From contig CAZXEQ010000004.1 of NCBI GenBank assembly GCA_964640155.1, positions 150,001 to 182,000 of the forward strand: a DNA stretch of 32,000 nt, in the 5' to 3' direction. Of this stretch, positions 17,945 to 25,352 are shown piece by piece (position 1 is the stretch's first letter; every line of letters begins with the position of its first letter). The notes under the pieces were generated by a model. It had not been told where the DNA came from. It saw only the letters and a program-made list of their open reading frames with translations, and searched no databases. Position numbers and translations under genes: made by a program. The stretch is from an uncultured bacterium. Its GTDB lineage: Bacteria; Auribacterota; JACPWU01.

Positions 17945-18846
17945 CGAAATCTTTTCTCTCTCAATTTAAATAATTTGTTCAGAGGTTTAGTGTAAGAGGT
18001 ATGACTTTCAAGTCGAACATGGTCAACTCGATAAGACTGAAAAAATTTATGCAAAGTTTGTTGTTCTTTGGATTTTTCTTCGGCTAAAAATTTCTCAAAG
18101 CTTTTTGATTTTGCATTAATCAAACATGTTTGACCTGTTTCAGCATCTTCAAGATCAATCAGTCCTATAGGAGGAATTTTCTCTTCTGATTGATCATAAA
18201 TTTCTAAAGCTACAAGATCATGTTTTTTTGCTGCAATGCGCAAGTGTTTCTCAAAAGATTGATCAAGAAAATCAGAAATCAAAAAGACAATTGCTTTTCT
18301 TTTTAAAATCTTTACGGCATATTCAAGAGCTTTTGAAATATTGGTTTTTCGACCTGAAGGTTGAGAGAAAAGTATTTGACGAATAATTTGCATGCCATAA
18401 TGCTTATCCTTTTTGGGGGGCAAATACTGTTCAATATCATCTGTAAAGGTTAAAAGACCTACACGATCATTGTTATGAATAGCAGAGAAAGCAAGAACAG
18501 CCGCTATCTCAGCCGCCATCTCCTTTTTAAATCGATTTTGACTTCCAAAATCACCTGAAGCGCTTAGGTCAACGATGAGAAGCACGTTTAGTTGACGTTC
18601 TTCAGAAAACTTTTTAATAAAAGGGTGCCCCATTCGGGCTGTAACATTCCAATCAATAGATCTAATGTCATCGCCAGGAGAATACTCTCGAACCTCAGAA
18701 AATTCAATCCCCTGCCCTTTGAAAACGCTGTGATATTCTCCAGAAAAAACTTCATTAACCAAAGCTCTGGTTTTGATTTCAAGCCTACGAACCTTTTTTA
18801 GAATTTCCAAAGGTATTTGATTTTGATTAAGATTTTCTCTACGCAC
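17941..18846 (-). CDS. DUF58 family protein (vWA-like, MoxR partner)
   Basis: Motif SPGDDIRSIDWNVTARMGHPFIKKFSEERQLNVLLIVDLSASGDFG is typical of DUF58. It lies immediately downstream of moxR. Confidence 0.8.
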   Translation of the reverse strand: MRRENLNQNQIPLEILKKVRRLEIKTRALVNEVFSGEYHSVFKGQGIEFSEVREYSPGDDIRSIDWNVTARMGHPFIKKFSEERQLNVLLIVDLSASGDFGSQNRFKKEMAAEIAAVLAFSAIHNNDRVGLLTFTDDIEQYLPPKKDKHYGMQIIRQILFSQPSGRKTNISKALEYAVKILKRKAIVFLISDFLDQSFEKHLRIAAKKHDLVALEIYDQSEEKIPPIGLIDLEDAETGQTCLINAKSKSFEKFLAEEKSKEQQTLHKFFQSYRVDHVRLESHTSYTKPLNKLFKLREKRFR

Positions 18847-18871
18847 AATTCACACCCTTAATCTACCATGT

Positions 18872-19861
18872 TTAAGGAACCTCTATTTCCTCAAAAAGTT
18901 TTTTCACAATATCATCTGAAGTTATTTCTTCAGCCTCAGCTTCAAAGGTTGTTATAATACGATGCCTTAGAACATCAGGCCCAATCGCTTTAATATCTTC
19001 TGGAGTCACATAGCCTCGTCCTTGTAAAAAAGCATGCGCTTTGGCAGCCTTTGTAAGGTAAATGGTGGCTCTTGGAGAAGCACCGTAGGAAATCAGATTC
19101 TTCAAACCCTCGAGCTTATGCTCTTCTGGGAATCGAGAAGCAAAAACAATATCCAAAATATAAGCCTTAATTTTCTCATCTACATAAATCATATTTACAA
19201 TCGATCGCAACCGAATGAGCTCCGCAGGATCTAAAACGCGATTAACACTTATATTTTGCTCAGAGGTCATTCTCTCTAGAATCTGACGTTCTTCGGCTTT
19301 GCTAGGATATTGGAGTTTAAGCTTTAGCATGAATCGATCTACCTGAGCTTCAGGTAGTGGATACGTTCCTTCTTGCTCGATGGGATTTTGAGTTGCTAGC
19401 ACTAAAAAAGGATCTTCCAATGGAAATGTATTCTCTCCAATGGTGACTTGACGTTCTTGCATAGCTTCCAAGAGAGCGCTTTGAACTTTTGCAGGAGCAC
19501 GATTAATTTCATCTGCCAAAATAAGTTGAGAAAAGATAGGTCCCTTTTTTGTTAAAAATGAACCATTTTTAGGTTCATAAATCAATGTCCCTATGAGATC
19601 AGCGGGGAGAAGATCAGGTGTAAACTGAATACGTTGGAATTTAGCATGAATTGAACTTGCAAGTGTCTTGACAGATAAGGTTTTAGCTAGACCTGGCACT
19701 CCTTCAATAAGAATATGCCCATCAGCCAAAAGAGAAATCAGCAGGCGCTCTAAAAGATATTCTTGTCCTACAATGACTCGCTCAATTTCAGTTAAAACTT
19801 GCTTGATTAAAACACTTTCCTTCTGAACCTTTTCATTGATCTCTTTGATATTGAAGTTCAT
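18872..19861 (-). CDS. moxR: MoxR-family AAA+ ATPase
   Basis: VIVGQEYLLERLLISLLADGHILIEGVPGLAKT (Walker A), ILADEINRA (Walker B) and MoxR-like length. AGGAGA SD upstream. Confidence 0.9.
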   Translation of the reverse strand: MNFNIKEINEKVQKESVLIKQVLTEIERVIVGQEYLLERLLISLLADGHILIEGVPGLAKTLSVKTLASSIHAKFQRIQFTPDLLPADLIGTLIYEPKNGSFLTKKGPIFSQLILADEINRAPAKVQSALLEAMQERQVTIGENTFPLEDPFLVLATQNPIEQEGTYPLPEAQVDRFMLKLKLQYPSKAEERQILERMTSEQNISVNRVLDPAELIRLRSIVNMIYVDEKIKAYILDIVFASRFPEEHKLEGLKNLISYGASPRATIYLTKAAKAHAFLQGRGYVTPEDIKAIGPDVLRHRIITTFEAEAEEITSDDIVKKLFEEIEVP

Positions 19862-19909
19862 GCGTTTCTCCTGTTTTAACTCAAATTAATAAAGGAAATA
19901 CAAACAGAA

Positions 19910-19938
19910 ATTATAACAAAAAAGAGGATAAAAATATT
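19910..19938 (-). promoter_or_regulatory. Candidate sigma70-type promoter for the moxR-bat operon (extended -10)
   Basis: The minus strand reads TGTTATAAT (19918..19910), a perfect extended -10. A weak -35 (AATATT, 19938..19933) lies at 17-bp spacing. The site is about 50 nt upstream of the moxR ATG. Confidence 0.45.
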
Positions 19939-20010
19939 CTGAAGGATTTTAAAATTTAAAGAAAAATATACGAGCTGAGGAAAGCGCAAAATAGAATTAC
20001 AGGTGCGATC

Positions 20011-20385
20011 TTATGCTTTATCGCTTGGAAAATAAATGAAACGCCCACAATGATCACAAGTTGCGGCTACATCTTTTCTTTGTATTTCTGCATGGGTTGC
20101 AGTAGAAATGCCAATAAAGCAACCTTGGCATACTCCATTTTTGACTGGAACAACGGCAGCGGATTCACCTTTATTCCCTTTTAACCGTTCATAGCGTTTT
20201 AAAACAATGGTATCGAGAGCCTGCATGAGACTGGTGCGGGTTTTTTTCATTCCAGCAAGTTTTTTCAGAAGTACTTTTTCTTGAGATTTTTCGTCGTCTT
20301 CGAAGGCGTTTTTGAGGGTGGAAGAAATTTCAACATCTAATCTTTGTAACTCAACCAAATTCACAACGTCAGATGGATTCATCAC
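20011..20385 (-). CDS. Short coiled-coil plus C4 zinc-ribbon protein (COG1579-like)
   Basis: C-terminal CQGCFIGISTATHAEIQRKDVAATCDHCGRFIY (CxxC...CxxC). The tracked start is a GTG at 20385. The ATG at 20382 lies 7 nt after a GGAGG SD. Confidence 0.6.
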   Translation of the reverse strand: MMNPSDVVNLVELQRLDVEISSTLKNAFEDDEKSQEKVLLKKLAGMKKTRTSLMQALDTIVLKRYERLKGNKGESAAVVPVKNGVCQGCFIGISTATHAEIQRKDVAATCDHCGRFIYFPSDKA

Positions 20386-20406
20386 ATAACCTCCATGGTT
20401 TTTAAA

Positions 20407-20435
20407 TATATACCACAGGATTCTCTCTTTGTCAA
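20407..20435 (-). promoter_or_regulatory. Candidate strong sigma70-type promoter upstream of the zinc-ribbon gene
   Basis: The minus strand reads TTGACA (20435..20430), a 17-nt spacer, then TGgTATATA (-10 at 20412..20407). A GGAGG SD follows at 20394..20390. Confidence 0.5.
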
Positions 20436-20464
20436 GAAAACCCCTGAATATTTTTAAACTTTTT

Positions 20465-21148
20465 TTAGGAGGTAGGCTCTAATAATTCTTCTATTTTCTT
20501 AACTTGCCTATTAACAACGGTTTCCATGCTTTTCTCATGATCCTCCTTGTTTTGCAAATACTTCCATATCTGCAAGGCATCTACCAAATCTCCATTTCTC
20601 TCATAGGCATGAGCTAATGTATGTTCAACAAATTGAGGATGCTTAAAGCGAATCGCTCGTTTTAGATAACGAATTGCATTAGGATAATCTTCCGCTTTAA
20701 AAAAATAAGTCCAACCTGCTTCAAAATATAACTCATATCGATCAGGATTATGTTGAATCCCCTCTTTTAAAAATTGTAAACCCGTATTGAGCCATTTCTG
20801 TTTTTCTTCTAATGCCTTACTATGAAAATAAAGATTAAACGACATATGCCAAGCACCAACACTCCAACCAAGAATGAATTTAGGTTGAAGAAATGTAACT
20901 GTTTTAAAAATAGGAAGGAGTTTGTACCACTGTCCATGATGACTATATTCATCAATCCTAACCCATAAAAGATCGACTGCCAGCCCTTGAAATCCTCCTG
21001 CAATCATATTATTAACAGCTTCTGCCGGTTGAAAAAGATACCTGGAACTTAAACCTTCCTTTGTCCTTTGAGCATCAATCGATATTTGAGTAAATGTCCC
21101 TAAAGTCAATAGGACAAGCAAAAAAAGCATTAAATATATATTTTTCAT
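20465..21148 (-). CDS. Membrane-anchored or secreted TPR repeat protein
   Basis: N-terminal hydrophobic segment. TPR-like repeats (AGWTYFFKAEDYPNAIRYLKRAIRF; LAHAYERNGDLVDALQIWKYL). ATGA-type overlap with the upstream permease gene. Confidence 0.55.
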   Translation of the reverse strand: MKNIYLMLFLLVLLTLGTFTQISIDAQRTKEGLSSRYLFQPAEAVNNMIAGGFQGLAVDLLWVRIDEYSHHGQWYKLLPIFKTVTFLQPKFILGWSVGAWHMSFNLYFHSKALEEKQKWLNTGLQFLKEGIQHNPDRYELYFEAGWTYFFKAEDYPNAIRYLKRAIRFKHPQFVEHTLAHAYERNGDLVDALQIWKYLQNKEDHEKSMETVVNRQVKKIEELLEPTS

Positions 21149-21915
21149 TTAATATACCGTCTCTTAAGACAAGCCACGCTTATCATCAAAAAAATGACAA
21201 CAAAGGTTCCAGCATATAGATACTCCTGAAAAACTTTAGTCCATTGAATTTGTTCTTCAATAACAACCATATCTCTAACTTCAAACCGAGTAAGATTAGG
21301 GATTAGATTAAAAAGAAATTGAGTGTAGGAAGAAACTTTTGATCCTTCTAAATGTTCTTTGAGATATTCAAAATAGTCTGTCATATGACCACCGACATAA
21401 CATAGAAAAACCATCAGTAAATTTGTAAATTTAGAGAAAAAAACAGCGCCGAGTACTCCAATTCCCAAAAGGACTCCAAGTTCCCCAAAAATTAAAAAAA
21501 TGGCTTTGATAAGATTTAGATCAAACGCATTAAACTTCAAATAAATAAGCACAAAAGAAAAAACTCCCATTAAAAGCGTACCCAAAACTAGAAAAATAAA
21601 ACCTCCTAGAAACTTACCTAACGTGAGCGCACGCATCGAAATAGGGTTTGAAAGATAGAAATAATGTGTTCCTTGAGATTCTTCCTTAACAAACAAATCC
21701 GATGAAATAAAAGCACAAATGATCATGCTAAAAAAAGAAATAGAACTTAACGCAATATCAACAATAAAAGCCCTTTCATAGCCTGGCGTCAAAGAAGTAA
21801 AGATGGTTGCTGTGTAGGTACAAATCGGAGCAAAAAAAAGAAGAATCCAAATGGTTTTTCTTCTTATCTCTTCTTGGAAAGTATGCTGAGCAATTGCTGC
21901 TATTTTGTAGATCAT
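21145..21915 (-). CDS. ABC-2 type transporter permease
   Basis: Polytopic (about 6 TM helices). The tracked ORF starts at 21945, but the ATG at 21915 is preceded by AGGTGGTGGG (SD-like). It gives MIYKIAAIAQHTFQEEIRRKTIW, which parallels the N-terminus of the other permease. Confidence 0.7.
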   Translation of the reverse strand: MIYKIAAIAQHTFQEEIRRKTIWILLFFAPICTYTATIFTSLTPGYERAFIVDIALSSISFFSMIICAFISSDLFVKEESQGTHYFYLSNPISMRALTLGKFLGGFIFLVLGTLLMGVFSFVLIYLKFNAFDLNLIKAIFLIFGELGVLLGIGVLGAVFFSKFTNLLMVFLCYVGGHMTDYFEYLKEHLEGSKVSSYTQFLFNLIPNLTRFEVRDMVVIEEQIQWTKVFQEYLYAGTFVVIFLMISVACLKRRYIK

Positions 21916-22072
21916 CCCACCACCTGATACTGCATGTGTAAACATGCCATGCTTTGTTGTCTCATGTTCAGAGCTTATATTCCTTATTTATAATTCTTAA
22001 ATCTTTCAAAATTTTATCTCTTAATCAACCCCTCAAAGCATAGTCCTTTGGACTAGTATCAGGTGGTGGGAT
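21914..22072 (-). repeat. Perfect 18-bp inverted repeat (arms 21914-21931 and 22055-22072) enclosing a 123-nt AT-rich spacer
   Basis: The plus strand reads atcccaccacctgatact at 21914-21931. At 22055-22072 it reads agtatcaggtggtgggat, the exact reverse complement. A further small hairpin tagtcc-ttt-ggacta lies at 22041-22055. Confidence 0.9.
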
Positions 22073-22914
22073 CATGAAGGATGGATGATTTCTAAAAAAG
22101 CTTTCTCCAAAGTTTTTCTAGGATGTCCGATGGAATCGATCGTTGCACCTGTACTTTTAAGTAATTCTTCAATTTTATTTAGAGGAAGCCCCGTTTTTTG
22201 ACCAAGAATAATTTGTATCTTTTCTGGAATCTCTAAAATATGCTCCAACGTATCCTCTTTTAAAAGATTACCTTGATAAAGAATGGCGATTCGATCACAT
22301 ACATTTTCAATTTCTCCAAGAAGATGACTCGACATGATGATGGTTTTACCTCTTTTTTTAAGCTCTTGCATCATTTCGCGTACCTGTAAAGTTCCCAGAG
22401 GATCTAGTCCAACCGTTGGTTCATCAAAAAAAATAAGATCCGGATCTTTTAAAAGTATAAAAGCAAATCCCAAACGTCGTAACATTCCCTTTGAAAATCC
22501 CCTCACCCATCGATCTTTTGCTTCAGAAAGACCGACTCTTTCAAGAACAGCATCTGCCTTTTTTTTAATAACATCACGAGTTAATCCTGCCAATTGACCA
22601 TAAAAATAAAGGCTCTCTTTTGCAGTAAGAAATTTATACAAATAAGATTCTTCGGGAAGAAATCCAATTTTTGTTTTGACTGCTAAAGATGAAGGATCTT
22701 TCCCTAGAACTGTAACTTTTCCTTCATCTAAATGAATGAGTCCTAAAAACGCTTTCATGGCGGTTGTTTTACCTGAACCATTGGGACCCAAAAGACCGAA
22801 AATTTCTCCCTTGTGTACTTGAAGATTAAGACGGTTAAGTGCAACAATTTTTTGCCGTTTGATCGAATGAGGATAAACTTTTAAGAGATTTTCAGCTTTT
22901 AAAATAGTTTCCAT
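22072..22914 (-). CDS. ABC transporter ATP-binding protein (ABC-2/DRR type)
   Basis: Walker A GPNGSGKTT, variant signature FSKGMLRRLGF, Walker B LIFFDEPTVGLD and an H-loop SSH. The tracked ORF starts at 22926, but the ATG at 22914 has a GAGG SD 6 nt upstream. Confidence 0.9.
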   Translation of the reverse strand: METILKAENLLKVYPHSIKRQKIVALNRLNLQVHKGEIFGLLGPNGSGKTTAMKAFLGLIHLDEGKVTVLGKDPSSLAVKTKIGFLPEESYLYKFLTAKESLYFYGQLAGLTRDVIKKKADAVLERVGLSEAKDRWVRGFSKGMLRRLGFAFILLKDPDLIFFDEPTVGLDPLGTLQVREMMQELKKRGKTIIMSSHLLGEIENVCDRIAILYQGNLLKEDTLEHILEIPEKIQIILGQKTGLPLNKIEELLKSTGATIDSIGHPRKTLEKAFLEIIHPS

Positions 22915-22955
22915 TTTAAACCTCATTTCAATATTTTTATTAAAAAATTCCGCAA

Positions 22956-23795
22956 TTACAAATCTCTTGTTTTGATTAAAATATTTTTATACGTAACTGC
23001 CAGAAAGAATAATACAGATAAACAGGAATAAATCATTAGCCACCCAAGGTATTCAAGAGAAATGAGATGACCTAAAGAAACTGCATCAGCAACATTAAAA
23101 TTTTCAAAATTGGGAATCCAAAGAAGGAGTATCCATAAAAAATATCCTATAACAGGATGCAAGTGAAATGCAATTTGTGTAATAAAATGCGTTAAGTGCC
23201 CCACGATAAAGAGAACAATCGAACCAGTCAAAGCCATAGGAACTGAGAATAGACTTGAGAGAGCTGTTGAAAGAGCACATATGATCAAGCTTTGAAGAAA
23301 AATAGAGATAAACACTTTGATAAATTCTAAATTACTAACAAAACTTCGGTATAGAATAGAAAAAAATTTTGATAAAGAGAATGTTGTTTCTGTATCAAAG
23401 AGAAAGATTTTAATATTTTGAAAACCCAAATTCAGATAAAACACCCCCGCCATTAATCCCAGGCCTAAACCAATCAAAATGGCAATTCCTAAAAATCTTC
23501 CAACGATATACGCCCATTTTCGAACAGGATTAGTGAAAATATTATAAATAGTCTTAGTTTCAAAATCTGTATGGATTTGAGATGCACCTAATAAAGCAGC
23601 AAGGATAACACTAAAAAGTGTAATACAGGCGAGACTAATATCTTTAAAAAATTTTTCTTGTTCTTGTAAGGAAAAAGCCAAAAAAAGACTTGAGCTTGCA
23701 GTAGAAATAATTGCAAATATAACAAGAAAACCGTAAGTGTAACTGCGAATAACTTCTTTAAGCGTTAAGCGAATCAAAAGTCCCAAGGTTCTCAT
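22956..23795 (-). CDS. ABC-2 type transporter permease
   Basis: Polytopic hydrophobic protein of about 280 aa, immediately upstream of the ABC ATPase. The N-terminus MRTLGLLIRLTLKEVIRS is typical of ABC-2/NosY-like permeases. Confidence 0.7.
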   Translation of the reverse strand: MRTLGLLIRLTLKEVIRSYTYGFLVIFAIISTASSSLFLAFSLQEQEKFFKDISLACITLFSVILAALLGASQIHTDFETKTIYNIFTNPVRKWAYIVGRFLGIAILIGLGLGLMAGVFYLNLGFQNIKIFLFDTETTFSLSKFFSILYRSFVSNLEFIKVFISIFLQSLIICALSTALSSLFSVPMALTGSIVLFIVGHLTHFITQIAFHLHPVIGYFLWILLLWIPNFENFNVADAVSLGHLISLEYLGWLMIYSCLSVLFFLAVTYKNILIKTRDL

Positions 23796-23864
23796 ATCTC
23801 TCTTTTATAAAAGAAGAAGTAATTTTAGGACTTACTCATTAAAATCTTAAGTTGATTCTTTTTG

Positions 23865-24989
23865 TTAGTGAGCTTTTTGTGCGATCAATTCATCTAGCTC
23901 TTCACGTAATTTTGAAATGACTTCTTGATACTTATAGGTTCCCAGTGTCGTTGATTTACGTTTAAGAGTAACACTTGCAGGACCACACCACAAACCTAAA
24001 TCTGCATCATCTGTTTCCCCGGGGCCATTAACACGACAACCCATAACGGCAATGGTGAGACGATGAGACTTCGCGTAAGTAGTGATGCTTTTAACTTCTT
24101 GAGCCAACTCAACAAAAGCTGTGTTTTCAACACGAGAACAGGATGGACAAGAAATAATATTAAGTCCCAAACCAAAATCAGGGACAGAAATAAATTTCTT
24201 TTCCGAAATATCTTTTAGAATTTGACGACCTACTTTAATTTCTTCATCTTTTTCATGAAAAGGAACTGTCAATGAAACACGTAATGTATCGCCAATCCCC
24301 ATAGGAATAAGCTTTTCGAAAGCAATTCGAGTCTTAATCACCCCATCTGGCAGTAAACCTGCTTCTGTCACACCCAAATGAATAGGAACATCAGGTCTTC
24401 TTTCAGAAAAGCGCTTATTACATTCAACAACTTTTTTGGGATCAGAATCTTTAAGACTGACGACATAGTTTTTAAAATTTTGTTGATCTAAAAGTTCGCA
24501 ATGCCAAGCAGCACTCTCAACAATGGCGCTCACATGATCTTGAGGATAGCGTTCGAGAAAATAAGGTGCTACAGATCCACAGTTGACACCCACACGAAGC
24601 GCACAACCATTCTTTTTAGCAATATTTGCAATCCATTCGACTTTCTTTTCAATTGGTATTTCTGGATCTAAATGATGGAGATGTCCTGGATTATAACGCA
24701 TTTTATCAACATAAGGAGCTACATGTTCTGCCAATCTAAAATTCTCTTGAAGATCTACGACAAGGCGTGCAGAAGTTAATTTTCGAAGCTCACCAAGAGC
24801 TTTTACGTCTGCTAAATTATCTACCGCAATACGAATGAGATCAGCACCGGCTTTTTGAAGAAGATTAATTTGCTCTAAAGTAGCTTCAGTATTACGTGTG
24901 TGTGTCGCACACATACTTTGAACTGAAATCGGGGCCCCACCTCCAATTTGTAGATCTTTAACAAAAACCTTTCTCGTTTTTTGTCCCAT
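23865..24989 (-). CDS. ispG: 4-hydroxy-3-methylbut-2-en-1-yl diphosphate synthase (MEP pathway)
   Basis: [14 protein letters not shown] near the N-terminus. The Fe-S cluster cysteines lie in ISCPSCSR and GCRVNGPGE. Confidence 0.92.
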   Translation of the reverse strand: MGQKTRKVFVKDLQIGGGAPISVQSMCATHTRNTEATLEQINLLQKAGADLIRIAVDNLADVKALGELRKLTSARLVVDLQENFRLAEHVAPYVDKMRYNPGHLHHLDPEIPIEKKVEWIANIAKKNGCALRVGVNCGSVAPYFLERYPQDHVSAIVESAAWHCELLDQQNFKNYVVSLKDSDPKKVVECNKRFSERRPDVPIHLGVTEAGLLPDGVIKTRIAFEKLIPMGIGDTLRVSLTVPFHEKDEEIKVGRQILKDISEKKFISVPDFGLGLNIISCPSCSRVENTAFVELAQEVKSITTYAKSHRLTIAVMGCRVNGPGETDDADLGLWCGPASVTLKRKSTTLGTYKYQEVISKLREELDELIAQKAH

Positions 24990-25140
24990 GTAAATTCCCT
25001 TAATATAGAGGAGAAATTATTAACATAATAAATCTTAAATCGCAAGATTCTTTACTAAAAATAGAAATAAAATATGCTTTAACTCATTAATTATCAATAT
25101 ATTAGAATCATTTATCATGCGGTCCTGATGCTGATTTGAT

Positions 25141-25178
25141 GGCAAAAAGAAAGACTGCTTTAGATCTGGATTCTAAAG
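25141..25178 (-). terminator. Candidate intrinsic terminator on the minus strand
   Basis: The minus strand reads CTTTAGA-ATCCAGA-TCTAAAG, a 7-bp stem (25178..25158). It is followed by CAGTCTTTCTTTTTGCC. The stem is AT-rich and the U-tract starts 5 nt after it, so this would be a weak terminator. Confidence 0.35.
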
Positions 25179-25220
25179 ACAAGTTCGCTACTCACTATTC
25201 TCTATAATTAATAAGCAGGT

Positions 25221-25352
25221 GGATGGGAGGGAGTCCTTCTCCCCCGTCACTTTGCTCCTCCTCCGAAGCCGGCCCCGGCCTCGCTGACGCTCACTTCGCT
25301 CGCTTTTCCTCCACAGGAGGCGCTCGGATCGGCTTCGACTCTTCCCAGATCC
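25221..25352. ncRNA. GC-rich, self-complementary 132-nt island; candidate structured RNA of unrecognised class
   Basis: About 65% G+C by hand count (86 of 132), inside an AT-rich 410-bp non-coding gap. The termini pair (GGAT..GGGAAGAGTC with GACTCCCTCCCATCC). Internal helices are CGAAGCCG/CGGCTTCG (8 bp), CCTCC-TGT-GGAGG, CGTCA/TGACG and GGGAG-AAGGA-CTCCC. Orientation is unresolved: a terminator-like hairpin and all neighbours lie on the minus strand, while a TATAAT box (25203-25208) lies on the plus strand. Confidence 0.45.

Noticed and set aside
21914-22072. Interpretation of the 18-bp inverted repeat unit as a MITE or other mobile element
   Set aside because: I see no target-site duplication flanking the arms (gatc| versus |catg) and no second copy of the arms elsewhere in the 32 kb. 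The arm ends coincide exactly with a stop and a start codon, which favours a regulatory RNA helix. This is not fully excluded without a whole-genome repeat search.
25035-25118. 27-codon minus-strand sORF (MINDSNILIINELKHILFLFLVKNLAI) with an AGGA 4 nt upstream, in the ispG leader region
   Set aside because: It is too short, and its composition-driven hydrophobicity is not informative. It also overlaps a weak candidate ispG promoter (-35 TTGATA at 25097..25092, -10 TATTTT at 25074..25069), which itself was too weak to list as a feature. There is no independent support, and it would need ribosome profiling or evidence of conservation.
25216-25229. Similarity between CAGGTGGATGGGAG at the edge of the GC island and CAGGTGGTGGGAT in the ABC-operon inverted repeat
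   Set aside because: It is only about 13 nt with one indel. Both are G-rich SD-like strings, and there is no extended similarity on either side. I treat it as coincidence.
25221-25352. Identification of the GC island as SRP (4.5S) RNA, tmRNA, RNase P RNA or 6S RNA
   Set aside because: By eye it lacks the conserved GUCAGGUCCGGAAGGAAGCAGC core of SRP RNA. It also lacks the GGGG...UUCGA 5' end, the 7-nt T-loop and the G3:U70 pair of tmRNA, as well as the GAGGAAAGUCC box of RNase P RNA. At 132 nt it is too short for RNase P RNA or tmRNA and has no 6S-like central bubble. Only a covariance-model search can settle this.
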